Positions 13,301-28,600 of a stretch of DNA of 64,000 nt are shown piece after piece (positions within the stretch are counted from its first letter, which is position 1; each line of letters begins with the position of its first letter). A program made the translations under genes and the position numbers. Where the stretch lies: positions 19,592,001 through 19,656,000 of the forward strand of contig OZ059894.1 in NCBI GenBank assembly GCA_964057225.1, given 5' to 3'. The DNA comes from Auanema rhodensis (taxonomy: Eukaryota > Animalia > Nematoda). The notes under the pieces were generated by a model that was given only the letters and a program-made list of their open reading frames with translations, searched no databases and was not told the DNA's origin.

Positions 13301-16300
13301 ATTGCTTCCAAAAACATTTTGACAAAAATTTTTTCGAGAAATTTCAAAATAATTTAGCAAAAAGTAGATGTTTTTAGATTCCTTTTTTCAAGGCAAAGAC
13401 GATGGACAATGTTATTCAACGAAAAAATTAATTCTTCAGGGTGAAAATCGAGGATATAAGTGTGAACTTATATCAGTTGATATCTCGGTGCATTTTTAAG
13501 CTAGCGCAAATCTGATAACACAGATCGACGCAGCTTAAAAATCCGCATCGAATGCACTATACTACATTGAGAAACGCTTAATACAAAAATTAGTTATGAT
13601 CGTTTGAAAAATGATGCATTAGTGTATGTTGAGTTTCCATGTACACTCAACATTGCTTCCAAAAACATTTTGACAAAAATTTTTTCGAAAAATTTCAGAA
13701 TAATTTAGCAAAAAGTAGATGTTTTTAGATTCCATTTTTCAAGGCAAAGACGATGGACAATGTTATTCAACGAAAAAATTAATTCTTCAGGGTGAAAATC
13801 GAGGATATAAGTGTGAACTTATATCAGTTGATATCTCGGTGCATTTTTAAGCTAGCGCAAATCTGATAACACAGATCGACGCAGCTTAAAAATCCGCATC
13901 GAATGCACTATACTACATTGAGAAACGCTTAATACAAAAATTAGTTATGATCGTTTGAAAAATGATGCATTAGTGTATGTTGAGTTTCCATGTACACTCA
14001 ACATTGCTTCCAAAAACATTTTGACAAAAATTTTTTCGAAAAATTTCAAAATAATTTAGCAAAAAGTAGATGTTTTTAGATTCCTTTTTTCAAGGCAAAG
14101 ACGATGGACAATGTTATTCAACGAAAAAATTAATTCTTCAGGGTGAAAATCGAGGATATAAGTGTGAACTTATATCAGTTGATATCTCGGTGCATTTTTA
14201 AGCTAGCGCAAATCTGATAACACAGAACGACGCAGCTTAAAAATTCGCATCGAATGCACTATACTACATTGAGAAACGCTTAATACAAAAATTAGTTATG
14301 ATCGTTTGAAAAATGATGCATTAGTGTATGTTGAGTTTCCATGTACACTCAACATTGCTTCCAAAAACATTTTGACAAAAATTTTTTCGAAAAATTTCAG
14401 AATAATTTAGCAAAAAGTAGATGTTTTTAGATTCCATTTTTCAAGGCAAAGACGATGGACAATGTTATTCAACGAAAAAATTAATTCTTCAGGGTGAAAA
14501 TCGAGGATATAAGTGTGAACTTATATCAGTTGATATCTCGGTGCATTTTTAAGCTAGCGCAAATCTGATAACACAGATCGACGCAGCTTAAAAATCCGCA
14601 TCGAATGCACTATACTACATTGAGAAACGCTTAATACAAAAATTAGTTATGATCGTTTGAAAAATGATGCATTAGTGTATGTTGAGTTTCCATGTACACT
14701 CAACATTGCTTCCAAAAACATTTTGACAAAAAGTTTTTCGAAAAATTTCAAAATAATTTAGCAAAAAGTAGATGTTTTTAGATTCCATTTTTCAAGGCAA
14801 AGACGATGGACAATGTTATTCAACGAAAAAATTAATTCTTCAGGGTGAAAATCGAGGATATAAGTGTGAACTTATATCAGTTGATATCTCGGTGCATTTT
14901 TAAGCTAGCGCAAATCTGATAACACAGAACGACGCAGCTTAAAAATCCGCATCGAATGCACTATACTACATTGAGAAACGCTTAATACAAAAATTAGTTA
15001 TGATCGTTTGAAAAATGATGCATTAGTGTATGTTGAGTTTCCATGTACACTCAACATTGCTTCCAAAAACATTTTGACAAACATTTTTTCGAAAAATTTC
15101 AGAATAATTTAGCAAAAAGTAGATGTTTTTAGATTCCTTTTTTCAAGGCAAAGACGATGGACATTGTTATTCAACGAAAAAATTAATTCTTCAGGGTGAA
15201 AATCGAGGATATAAGTGTGAACTTATATCAGTTGATATCTCGGTGCATTTTTAAGCTAGCGCAAATCTGATAACACAGAACGACGCAGCTTAAAAATTCG
15301 CATCGAATGCACTATACTACATTGAAAAACGCTTAATACAAAAATTAGTTATGATCGTTTGAAAAATGATGCATTAGTGTATGTTGAGTTTCCATGTACA
15401 CTCAACATTGCTTCCAAAAACATTTTGACAAAAATTTTTTCGAAAAATTTCGAAATAATTTAGCAAAAAGTAGATGTTTTTAGATTCCATTTTTCAAGGC
15501 AAAGACGATGGACAATGTTATTCAACGAAAAAATCAATTCTTCAGGGTGAAAATCGAGGATATAAGTGTGAACTTATATCAGTTGATATCTCGGTGCATT
15601 TTTAAGCTAGCGCAAATCTGATAACACAGAACGACGCAGCTTAAAAATCCGCATCGAATGCACTATACTACATTAAGAAACGCTTAATACAAAAATTAGT
15701 TATGATCGTTTGAAAAATGATGCATTAGTGTATGTTGAGTTTCCATGTACACTCAACATTGCTTCCAAAAACATTTTGACAAAAATTTTTTCGAGAAATT
15801 TCAAAATAATTTAGCAAAAAGTAGATGTTTTTAGATTCCTTTTTTCAAGGCAAAGACGATGGACAATGTTATTCAACGAAAAAATTAATTCTTCAGGGTG
15901 AAAATCGAGGATATAAGTGTGAACTTATATCAGTTGATATCTCGGTGCATTTTTAAGCTAGCGCAAATCTGATAACACAGATCGACGCAGCTTAAAAATC
16001 CGCATCGAATGCACTATACTACATTGAGAAACGCTTAATACAAAAATTAGTTATGATCGTTTGAAAAATGATGCATTAGTGTATGTTGAGTTTCCATGTA
16101 CACTCAACATTGCTTCCAAAAACATTTTGACAAAAATTTTTTCGAAAAATTTCAGAATAATTTAGCAAAAAGTAGATGTTTTTAGATTCCATTTTTCAAG
16201 GCAAAGACGATGGACAATGTTATTCAACGAAAAAATTAATTCTTCAGGGTGAAAATCGAGGATATAAGTGTGAACTTATATCAGTTGATATCTCGGTGCA

Positions 16301-19300
16301 TTTTTAAGCTAGCGCAAATCTGATAACACAGATCGACGCAGCTTAAAAATCCGCATCGAATGCACTATACTACATTGAAAAACGCTTAATACAAAAATTA
16401 GTTATGATCGTTTGAAAAATGATGCATTAGTGTATGTTGAGTTTCCATGTACACTCAACATTGCTTCCAAAAACATTTTGACAAAAAGTTTTTCGAAAAA
16501 TTTCAAAATAATTTAGCAAAAAGTAGATGTTTTTAGATTCCATTTTTCAAGGCAAAGACGATGGACAATGTTATTCAACGAAAAAATTAATTCTTCAGGG
16601 TGAAAATCGAGGATATAAGTGTGAACTTATATCAGTTGATATCTCGGTGCATTTTTAAGCTAGCGCAAATCTGATAACACAGAACGACGCAGCTTAAAAA
16701 TCCGCATCGAATGCACTATACTACATTGAGAAACGCTTAATACAAAAATTAGTTATGATCGTTTGAAAAATGATGCATTAGTGTATGTTGAGTTTCCATG
16801 TACACTCAACATTGCTTCCAAAAACATTTTGACAAAAATTTTTTCGAAAAATTTCAGAATAATTTAGCAAAAAGTAGATGTTTTTAGATTCCTTTTTTCA
16901 AGGCAAAGACGATGGACATTGTTTTTCAACGAAAAAATTAATTCTTCAGGGTGAAAATCGAGGATATAAGTGTGAACTTATATCAGTTGATATCTCGGTG
17001 CATTTTTAAGCTAGCGCAAATCTGATAACACAGATCGACGCAGCTTAAAAATCCGCATCGAATGCACTATACTACATTGAGAAACGCTTAATACAAAAAT
17101 TAGTTATGATCGTTTGAAAAATGATGCATTAGTGTATGTTGAGTTTCCATGTACACTCAACATTGCTTCCAAAAACATTTTGACAAAAATTTTTTCGAAA
17201 AATTTCAGAATAATTTAGCAAAAAGTAGATGTTTTTAGATTCCATTTTTCAAGGCAAAGACGATGGACAATGTTATTCAACGAAAAAATTAATTCTTCAG
17301 GGTGAAAATCGAGGATATAAGTGTGAACTTATATCAGTTGATATCTCGGTGCATTTTTAAGCTAGCGCAAATCTGATAACACAGATCGACGCAGCTTAAA
17401 AATCCGCATCGAATGCACTATACTACATTGAAAAACGCTTAATACAAAAATTAGTTATGATCGTTTGAAAAATGATGCATTAGTGTATGTTGAGTTTCCA
17501 TGTACACTCAACATTGCTTCCAAAAACATTTTGACAAAAAGTTTTTCGAAAAATTTCAAAATAATTTAGCAAAAAGTAGATGTTTTTAGATTCCATTTTT
17601 CAAGGCAAAGACGATGGACAATGTTATTCAACGAAAAAATTAATTCTTCAGGGTGAAAATCGAGGATATAAGTGTGAACTTATATCAGTTGATATCTCGG
17701 TGCATTTTTAAGCTAGCGCAAATCTGATAACACAGAACGACGCAGCTTAAAAATCCGCATCGAATGCACTATACTACATTGAGAAACGCTTAATACAAAA
17801 ATTAGTTATGATCGTTTGAAAAATGATGCATTAGTGTATGTTGAGTTTCCATGTACACTCAACATTGCTTCCAAAAACATTTTGACAAAAATTTTTTCGA
17901 AAAATTTCAGAATAATTTAGCAAAAAGTAGATGTTTTTAGATTCCTTTTTTCAAGGCAAAGACGATGGACATTGTTATTCAACGAAAAAATTAATTCTTC
18001 AGGGTGAAAATCGAGGATATAAGTGTGAACTTATATCAGTTGATATCTCGGTGCATTTTTAAGCTAGCGCAAATCTGATAACACAGAACGACGCAGCTTA
18101 AAAATTCGCATCGAATGCACTATACTACATTGAAAAACGCTTAATACAAAAATTAGTTATGATCGTTTGAAAAATGATGCATTAGTGTATGTTGAGTTTC
18201 CATGTACACTCAACATTGCTTCCAAAAACATTTTGACAAAAAGTTTTTCGAAAAATTTCAAAATAATTTAGCAAAAAGTAGATGTTTTTAGATTCCATTT
18301 TTCAAGGCAAAGACGATGGACAATGTTATTCAACGAAAAAATTAATTCTTCAGGGTGAAAATCGAGGATATAAGTGTGAACTTATATCAGTTGATATCTC
18401 GGTGCATTTTTAAGCTAGCGCAAATCTGATAACACAGAACGACGCAGCTTAAAAATCCGCATCGAATGCACTATACTACATTGAGAAACGCTTAATACAA
18501 AAATTAGTTATGATCGTTTGAAAAATGATGCATTAGTGTATGTTGAGTTTCCATGTACACTCAACATTGCTTCCAAAAACATTTTGACAAAAATTTTTTC
18601 GAAAAATTTCAGAATAATTTAGCAAAAAGTAGATGTTTTTAGATTCCTTTTTTCAAGGCAAAGACGATGGACAATGTTATTCAACGAAAAAATTAATTCT
18701 TCAGGGTGAAAATCGAGGATATAAGTGTGAACTTATATCAGTTGATATCTCGGTGCATTTTTAAGCTAGCGCAAATCTGATAACACAGATCGACGCAGCT
18801 TAAAAATCCGCATCGAATGCACTATACTACATTGAGAAACGCTTAATACAAAAATTAGTTATGATCGTTTGAAAAATGATGCATTAGTGTATGTTGAGTT
18901 TCCATGTACACTCAACATTGCTTCCAAAAACATTTTGACAAAAATTTTTTCGAAAAATTTCAAAATAATTTAGCAAAAAGTAGATGTTTTTAGATTCCTT
19001 TTTTCAAGGCAAAGACGATGGACAATGTTATTCAACGAAAAAATTAATTCTTCAGGGTGAAAATCGAGGATATAATTGTGAACTTATATCAGTTGATATC
19101 TCGGTGCATTTTTAAGCTAGCGCAAATCTGATAACACAGAACGACGCAGCTTAAAAATCCGCATCGAATGCACTATACTACATTGAAAAACGCTTAATAC
19201 AAAAATTAGTTATGATCGTTTGAAAAATGATGCATTAGTGTATGTTGAGTTTCCATGTACACTCAACATTGCTTCCAAAAACATTTTGACAAAAAGTTTT

Positions 19301-22300
19301 TCGAAAAATTTCAAAATAATTTAGCAAAAAGTAGATGTTTTTAGATTCCTTTTTTCAAGGCAAAGACGATGGACAATGTTATTCAACGAAAAAATTAATT
19401 CTTCAGGGTGAAAATCGAGGATATAAGTGTGAACTTATATCAGTTGATATCTCGGTGCATTTTTAAGCTAGCGCAAATCTGATAACACAGATCGACGCAG
19501 CTTAAAAATCCGCATCGAATGCACTATACTACATTGAGAAACGCTTAATACAAAAATTAGTTATGATCGTTTGAAAAATGATGCATTAGTGTATGTTGAG
19601 TTTCCATGTACACTCAACATTGCTTCCAAAAACATTTTGACAAAAATTTTTTCGAGAAATTTCAAAATAATTTAGCAAAAAGTAGATGTTTTTAGATTCC
19701 TTTTTTCAAGGCAAAGACGATGGACAATGTTATTCAACGAAAAAATTAATTCTTCAGGGTGAAAATCGAGGATATAAGTGTGAACTTATATCAGTTGATA
19801 TCTCGGTGCATTTTTAAGCTAGCGCAAATCTGATAACACAGATCGACGCAGCTTAAAATTCCGCATCGAATGCACTATACTACATTGAGAAACGCTTAAT
19901 ACAAAAATTAGTTATGATCGTTTGAAAAATGATGCATTAGTGTATGTTGAGTTTCCATGTACACTCAACATTGCTTCCAAAAACATTTTGACAAAAATTT
20001 TTTCGAAAAATTTCAGAATAATTTAGCAAAAAGTAGATGTTTTTAGATTCCATTTTTCAAGGCAAAGACGATGGACAATGTTATTCAACGAAAAAATTAA
20101 TTCTTCAGGGTGAAAATCGAGGATATAAGTGTGAACTTATATCAGTTGATATCTCGGTGCATTTTTAAGCTAGCGCAAATCTGATAACACAGATCGACGC
20201 AGCTTAAAAATCCGCATCGAATGCACTATACTACATTGAGAAACGCTTAATACAAAAATTAGTTATGATCGTTTGAAAAATGATGCATTAGTGTATGTTG
20301 AGTTTCCATGTACACTCAACATTGCTTCCAAAAACATTTTGACAAAAATTTTTTCGAAAAATTTCAAAATAATTTAGCAAAAAGTAGATGTTTTTAGATT
20401 CCTTTTTTCAAGGCAAAGACGATGGACAATGTTATTCAACGAAAAAATTAATTCTTCAGGGTGAAAATCGAGGATATAAGTGTGAACTTATATCAGTTGA
20501 TATCTCGGTGCATTTTTAAGCTAGCGCAAATCTGATAACACAGAACGACGCAGCTTAAAAATTCGCATCGAATGCACTATACTACATTGAGAAACGCTTA
20601 ATACAAAAATTAGTTATGATCGTTTGAAAAATGATGCATTAGTGTATGTTGAGTTTCCATGTACACTCAACATTGCTTCCAAAAACATTTTGACAAAAAT
20701 TTTTTCGAAAAATTTCAGAATAATTTAGCAAAAAGTAGATGTTTTTAGATTCCATTTCTCAAGGCAAAGACGATGGACAATGTTATTCAACGAAAAAATT
20801 AATTCTTCAGGGTGAAAATCGAGGATATAAGTGTGAACTTATATCAGTTGATATCTCGGTGCATTTTTAAGCTAGCGCAAATCTGATAACACAGATCGAC
20901 GCAGCTTAAAAATCCGCATCGAATGCACTATACTACATTGAGAAACGCTTAATACAAAAATTAGTTATGATCGTTTGAAAAATGATGCATTAGTGTATGT
21001 TGAGTTTCCATGTACACTCAACATTGCTTCCAAAAACATTTTGACAAAAAGTTTTTCGAAAAATTTCAAAATAATTTAGCAAAAAGTAGATGTTTTTAGA
21101 TTCCATTTTTCAAGGCAAAGACGATGGACAATGTTATTCAACGAAAAAATTAATTCTTCAGGGTGAAAATCGAGGATATAAGTGTGAACTTATATCAGTT
21201 GATATCTCGGTGCATTTTTAAGCTAGCGCAAATCTGATAACACAGAACGACGCAGCTTAAAAATCCGCATCGAATGCACTATACTACATTGAGAAACGCT
21301 TAATACAAAAATTAGTTATGATCGTTTGAAAAATGATGCATTAGTGTATGTTGAGTTTCCATGTACACTCAACATTGCTTCCAAAAACATTTTGACAAAA
21401 ATTTTTTCGAAAAATTTCAGAATAATTTAGCAAAAAGTAGATGTTTTTAGATTCCTTTTTTCAAGTCAAAGACGATGGACATTGTTATTCAACGAAAAAA
21501 TTAATTCTTCAGGGTGAAAATCGAGGATATAAGTGTGAACTTATATCAGTTGATATCTCGGTGCATTTTTAAGCTAGCGCAAATCTGATAACACAGAACG
21601 ACGCAGCTTAAAAATTCGCATCGAATGCACTATACTACATTGAAAAACGCTTAATACAAAAATTAGTTATGATCGTTTGAAAAATGATGCATTAGTGTAT
21701 GTTGAGTTTCCATGTACACTCAACATTGCTTCCAAAAACATTTTGACAAAAATTTTTTCGAAAAATTTCGAAATAATTTAGCAAAAAGTAGATGTTTTTA
21801 GATTCCATTTTTCAAGGCAAAGACGATGGACAATGTTATTCAACGAAAAAATCAATTCTTCAGGGTGAAAATCGAGGATATAAGTGTGAACTTATATCAG
21901 TTGATATCTCGGTGCATTTTTAAGCTAGCGCAAATCTGATAACACAGAACGACGCAGCTTAAAAATCCGCATCGAATGCACTATACTACATTAAGAAACG
22001 CTTAATACAAAAATTAGTTATGATCGTTTGAAAAATGATGCATTAGTGTATGTTGAGTTTCCATGTACACTCAACATTGCTTCCAAAAACATTTTGACAA
22101 AAATTTTTTCGAGAAATTTCAAAACAATTTAGCAAAAAGTAGATGTTTTTAGATTCCTTTTTTCAAGGCAAAGACGATGGACAATGTTATTCAACGAAAA
22201 AATTAATTCTTCAGGGTGAAAATCGAGGATATAAGTGTGAACTTATATCAGTTGATATCTCGGTGCATTTTTAAGCTAGCGCAAATCTGATAACACAGAT

Positions 22301-22464
22301 CGACGCAGCTTAAAAATCCGCATCGAATGCACTATACTACATTGAGAAACGCTCAATACAAAAATTAGTTATGATCGTTTGAAAAATGATGCATTAGTGT
22401 ATGTTGAGTTTCCATGTACACTCAACATTGCTTCCAAAAACATTTTGACAAAAATTTTTTCGAA
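7372..22464. repeat. Recurrent 10-monomer (3510 bp) higher-order block at 7372-10881, 12637-16146 and 18955-22464
   Basis: Markers in the same order: m122T (7493, 12758, 19076), m351G (8073, 13338, 19656), m71T (9899, 15164, 21482), m231A (10410, 15675, 21993). Confidence 0.88.
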
Positions 22465-25400
22465 AAATTTCAGAATAATTTAGCAAAAAGTAGATGTTTT
22501 TAGATTCCATTTTTCAAGGCAAAGACGATGGACAATGTTATTCAACGAAAAAATTAATTCTTCAGGGTGAAAATCGAGGATATAAGTGTGAACTTATATC
22601 AGTTGATATCTCGGTGCATTTTTAAGCTAGCGCAAATCTGATAACACAGATCGACGCAGCTTAAAAATCCGCATCGAATGCACTATACTACATTGAAAAA
22701 CGCTTAATACAAAAATTAGTTATGATCGTTTGAAAAATGATGCATTAGTGTATGTTGAGTTTCCATGTACACTCAACATTGCTTCCAAAAACATTTTGAC
22801 AAAAAGTTTTTCGAAAAATTTCAAAATAATTTAGCAAAAAGTAGATGTTTTTAGATTCCATTTTTCAAGGCAAAGACGATGGACAATGTTATTCAACGAA
22901 AAAATCAATTCTTCAGGGTGAAAATCGAGGATATAAGTGTGAACTTATATCAGTTGATATCTCGGTGCATTTTTAAGCTAGCGCAAATCTGATAACACAG
23001 AACGACGCAGCTTAAAAATCCGCATCGAATGCACTATACTACATTGAGAAACGCTTAATACAAAAATTAGTTATGATCGTTTGAAAAATGATGCATTAGT
23101 GTATGTTGAGTTTCCATGTACACTCAACATTGCTTCCAAAAACATTTTGACAAAAATTTTTTCGAAAAATTTCAGAATAATTTAGCAAAAAGTAGATGTT
23201 TTTAGATTCCATTTTTCAAGGCAAAGACGATGGACAATGTTATTCAACGAAAAAATTAATTCTTCAGGGTGAAAATCGAGGATATAAGTGTGAACTTATA
23301 TCAGTTGATATCTCGGTGCATTTTTAAGCTAGCGCAAATCTGATAACACAGATCGACGCAGCTTAAAAATCCGCATCGAATGCACTATACTACATTGAGA
23401 AACGCTTAATACAAAAATTAGTTATGATCGTTTGAAAAATGATGCATTAGTGTATGTTGAGTTTCCATGTACACTCAACATTGCTTCCAAAAACATTTTG
23501 ACAAAAAGTTTTTCGAAAAATTTCAAAATAATTTAGCAAAAAGTAGATGTTTTTAGATTCCATTTTTCAAGGCAAAGACGATGGACAATGTTATTCAACG
23601 AAAAAATTAATTCTTCAGGGTGAAAATCGAGGATATAAGTGTGAACTTATATCAGTTGATATCTCGGTGCATTTTTAAGCTAGCGCAAATCTGATAACAC
23701 AGAACGACGCAGCTTAAAAATCCGCATCGAATGCACTATACTACATTGAGAAACGCTTAATACAAAAATTAGTTATGATCGTTTGAAAAATGATGCATTA
23801 GTGTATGTTGAGTTTCCATGTACACTCAACATTGCTTCCAAAAACATTTTGACAAAAATTTTTTCGAAAAATTTCAGAATAATTTAGCAAAAAGTAGATG
23901 TTTTTAGATTCCTTTTTTCAAGTCAAAGACGATGGACATTGTTATTCAACGAAAAAATTAATTCTTCAGGGTGAAAATCGAGGATATAAGTGTGAACTTA
24001 TATCAGTTGATATCTCGGTGCATTTTTAAGCTAGCGCAAATCTGATAACACAGAACGACGCAGCTTAAAAATTCGCATCGAATGCACTATACTACATTGA
24101 AAAACGCTTAATACAAAAATTAGTTATGATCGTTTGAAAAATGATGCATTAGTGTATGTTGAGTTTCCATGTACACTCAACATTGCTTCCAAAAACATTT
24201 TGACAAAAATTTTTTCGAAAAATTTCGAAATAATTTAGCAAAAAGTAGATGTTTTTAGATTCCATTTTTCAAGGCAAAGACGATGGACAATGTTATTCAA
24301 CGAAAAAATCAATTCTTCAGGGTGAAAATCGAGGATATAAGTGTGAACTTATATCAGTTGATATCTCGGTGCATTTTTAAGCTAGCGCAAATCTGATAAC
24401 ACAGAACGACGCAGCTTAAAAATCCGCATCGAATGCACTATACTACATTAAGAAACGCTTAATACAAAAATTAGTTATGATCGTTTGAAAAATGATGCAT
24501 TAGTGTATGTTGAGTTTCCATGTACACTCAACATTGCTTCCAAAAACATTTTGACAAAAATTTTTTCGAGAAATTTCAAAATAATTTAGCAAAAAGTAGA
24601 TGTTTTTAGATTCCTTTTTTCAAGGCAAAGACGATGGACAATGTTATTCAACGAAAAAATTAATTCTTCAGGGTGAAAATCGAGGATATAAGTGTGAACT
24701 TATATCAGTTGATATCTCGGTGCATTTTTAAGCTAGCGCAAATCTGATAACACAGATCGACGCAGCTTAAAAATCCGCATCGAATGCACTATACTACATT
24801 GAGAAACGCTTAATACAAAAATTAGTTATGATCGTTTGAAAAATGATGCATTAGTGTATGTTGAGTTTCCATGTACACTCAACATTGCTTCCAAAAACAT
24901 TTTGACAAAAATTTTTTCGAAAAATTTCAGAATAATTTAGCAAAAAGTAGATGTTTTTAGATTCCATTTTTCAAGGCAAAGACGATGGACAATGTTATTC
25001 AACGAAAAAATTAATTCTTCAGGGTGAAAATCGAGGATATAAGTGTGAACTTATATCAGTTGATATCTCGGTGCATTTTTAAGCTAGCGCAAATCTGATA
25101 ACACAGATCGACGCAGCTTAAAAATCCGCATCGAATGCACTATACTACATTGAAAAACGCTTAATACAAAAATTAGTTATGATCGTTTGAAAAATGATGC
25201 ATTAGTGTATGTTGAGTTTCCATGTACACTCAACATTGCTTCCAAAAACATTTTGACAAAAAGTTTTTCGAAAAATTTCAAAATAATTTAGCAAAAAGTA
25301 GATGTTTTTAGATTCCATTTTTCAAGGCAAAGACGATGGACAATGTTATTCAACGAAAAAATTAATTCTTCAGGGTGAAAATCGAGGATATAAGTGTGAA

Positions 25401-25623
25401 CTTATATCAGTTGATATCTCGGTGCATTTTTAAGCTAGCGCAAATCTGATAACACAGAACGACGCAGCTTAAAAATCCGCATCGAATGCACTATACTACA
25501 TTGAGAAACGCTTAATACAAAAATTAGTTATGATCGTTTGAAAAATGATGCATTAGTGTATGTTGAGTTTCCATGTACACTCAACATTGCTTCCAAAAAC
25601 ATTTTGACAAAAATTTTTTCGAA
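20710..25623. repeat. 7-monomer (2457 bp) tandem duplication, copies 60-66 and 67-73
   Basis: Private m55T at 21466 and 23923; neighbouring haplotypes match in order. Confidence 0.8.
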
Positions 25624-28600
25624 AAATTTCAGAATAATTTAGCAAAAAGTAGATGTTTTTAGATTCCTTTTTTCAAGGCAAAAACGATGGACATTGTTAT
25701 TCAACGAAAAAATTAATTCTTCAGGGTGAAAATCGAGGATATAAGTGTGAACTTATATCAGTTGATATCTCGGTGCATTTTTAAGCTAGCGCAAATCTGA
25801 TAACACAGAACGACGCAGCTTAAAAATTCGCATCGAATGCACTATACTACATTGAAAAACGCTTAATACAAAAATTAGTTATGATCGTTTGAAAAATGAT
25901 GCATTAGTGTATGTTGAGTTTCCATGTACACTCAACATTGCTTCCAAAAACATTTTGACAAAAATTTTTTCGAAAAATTTCGAAATAATTTAGCAAAAAG
26001 TAGATGTTTTTAGATTCCATTTTTCAAGGCAAAGACGATGGACAATGTTATTCAACGAAAAAATCAATTCTTCAGGGTGAAAATCGAGGATATAAGTGTG
26101 AACTTATATCAGTTGATATCTCGGTGCATTTTTAAGCTAGCGCAAATCTGATAACACAGAACGACGCAGCTTAAAAATCCGCATCGAATGCACTATACTA
26201 CATTAAGAAACGCTTAATACAAAAATTAGTTATGATCGTTTGAAAAATGATGCATTAGTGTATGTTGAGTTTCCATGTACACTCAACATTGCTTCCAAAA
26301 ACATTTTGACAAAAATTTTTTCGAGAAATTTCAAAATAATTTAGCAAAAAGTAGATGTTTTTAGATTCCTTTTTTCAAGGCAAAGACGATGGACAATGTT
26401 ATTCAACGAAAAAATTAATTCTTCAGGGTGAAAATCGAGGATATAAGTGTGAACTTATATCAGTTGATATCTCGGTGCATTTTTAAGCTAGCGCAAATCT
26501 GATAACACAGAACGACGCAGCTTAAAAATTCGCATCGAATGCACTATACTACATTGAGAAACGCTTAATACAAAAATTAGTTATGATCGTTTGAAAAATG
26601 ATGCATTAGTGTATGTTGAGTTTCCATGTACACTCAACATTGCTTCCAAAAACATTTTGACAAAAATTTTTTCGAAAAATTTCAGAATAATTTAGCAAAA
26701 AGTAGATGTTTTTAGATTCCTTTTTTCAAGGCAAAGACGATGGACATTGTTATTCAACGAAAAAATTAATTCTTCAGGGTGAAAATCGAGGATATAAGTG
26801 TGAACTTATATCAGTTGATATCTCGGTGCATTTTTAAGCTAGCGCAAATCTGATAACACAGAACGACGCAGCTTAAAAATTCGCATCGAATGCACTATAC
26901 TACATTGAAAAACGCTTAATACAAAAATTAGTTATGATCGTTTGAAAAATGATGCATTAGTGTATGTTGAGTTTCCATGTACACTCAACATTGCTTCCAA
27001 AAACATTTTGACAAAAATTTTTTCGAAAAATTTCGAAATAATTTAGCAAAAAGTAGATGTTTTTAGATTCCATTTTTCAAGGCAAAGACGATGGACAATG
27101 TTATTCAACGAAAAAATCAATTCTTCAGGGTGAAAATCGAGGATATAAGTGTGAACTTATATCAGTTGATATCTCGGTGCATTTTTAAGCTAGCGCAAAT
27201 CTGATAACACAGAACGACGCAGCTTAAAAATCCGCATCGAATGCACTATACTACATTAAGAAACGCTTAATACAAAAATTAGTTATGATCGTTTGAAAAA
27301 TGATGCATTAGTGTATGTTGAGTTTCCATGTACACTCAACATTGCTTCCAAAAACATTTTGACAAAAATTTTTTCGAGAAATTTCAAAATAATTTAGCAA
27401 AAAGTAGATGTTTTTAGATTCCTTTTTTCAAGGCAAAGACGATGGACAATGTTATTCAACGAAAAAATTAATTCTTCAGGGTGAAAATCGAGGATATAAG
27501 TGTGAACTTATATCAGTTGATATCTCGGTGCATTTTTAAGCTAGCGCAAATCTGATGACACAGAACGACGCAGCTTAAAAATTCGCATCGAATGCACTAT
27601 ACTACATTGAGAAACGCTTAATACAAAAATTAGTTATGATCGTTTGAAAAATGATGCATTAGTGTATGTTGAGTTTCCATGTACACTCAACATTGCTTCC
27701 AAAAACATTTTGACAAAAATTTTTTCGAAAAATTTCAGAATAATTTAGCAAAAAGTAGATGTTTTTAGATTCCTTTTTTCAAGGCAAAGACGATGGACAT
27801 TGTTATTCAACGAAAAAATTAATTCTTCAGGGTGAAAATCGAGGATATAAGTGTGAACTTATATCAGTTGATATCTCGGTGCATTTTTAAGCTAGCGCAA
27901 ATCTGATAACACAGAACGACGCAGCTTAAAAATTCGCATCGAATGCACTATACTACATTGAAAAACGCTTAATACAAAAATTAGTTATGATCGTTTGAAA
28001 AATGATGCATTAGTGTATGTTGAGTTTCCATGTACACTCAACATTGCTTCCAAAAACATTTTGACAAAAATTTTTTCGAAAAATTTCGAAATAATTTAGC
28101 AAAAAGTAGATGTTTTTAGATTCCATTTTTCAAGGCAAAGACGATGGACAATGTTATTCAACGAAAAAATCAATTCTTCAGGGTGAAAATCGAGGATATA
28201 AGTGTGAACTTATATCAGTTGATATCTCGGTGCATTTTTAAGCTAGCGCAAATCTGATAACACAGAACGACGCAGCTTAAAAATCCGCATCGAATGCACT
28301 ATACTACATTAAGAAACGCTTAATACAAAAATTAGTTATGATCGTTTGAAAAATGATGCATTAGTGTATGTTGAGTTTCCATGTACACTCAACATTGCTT
28401 CCAAAAACATTTTGACAAAAATTTTTTCGAAAAATTTCGAAATAATTTAGCAAAAAGTAGATGTTTTTAGATTCCATTTTTCAAGGCAAAGACGATGGAC
28501 AATGTTATTCAACGAAAAAATCAATTCTTCAGGGTGAAAATCGAGGATATAAGTGTGAACTTATATCAGTTGATATCTCGGTGCATTTTTAAGCTAGCGC

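Noticed and set aside
27552-27558. Hammerhead core CTGATGA (some satellites encode hammerhead ribozymes)
   Set aside because: Present in one copy only (consensus is CTGATAA), with no stem II followed by GAAA and no supporting stems.
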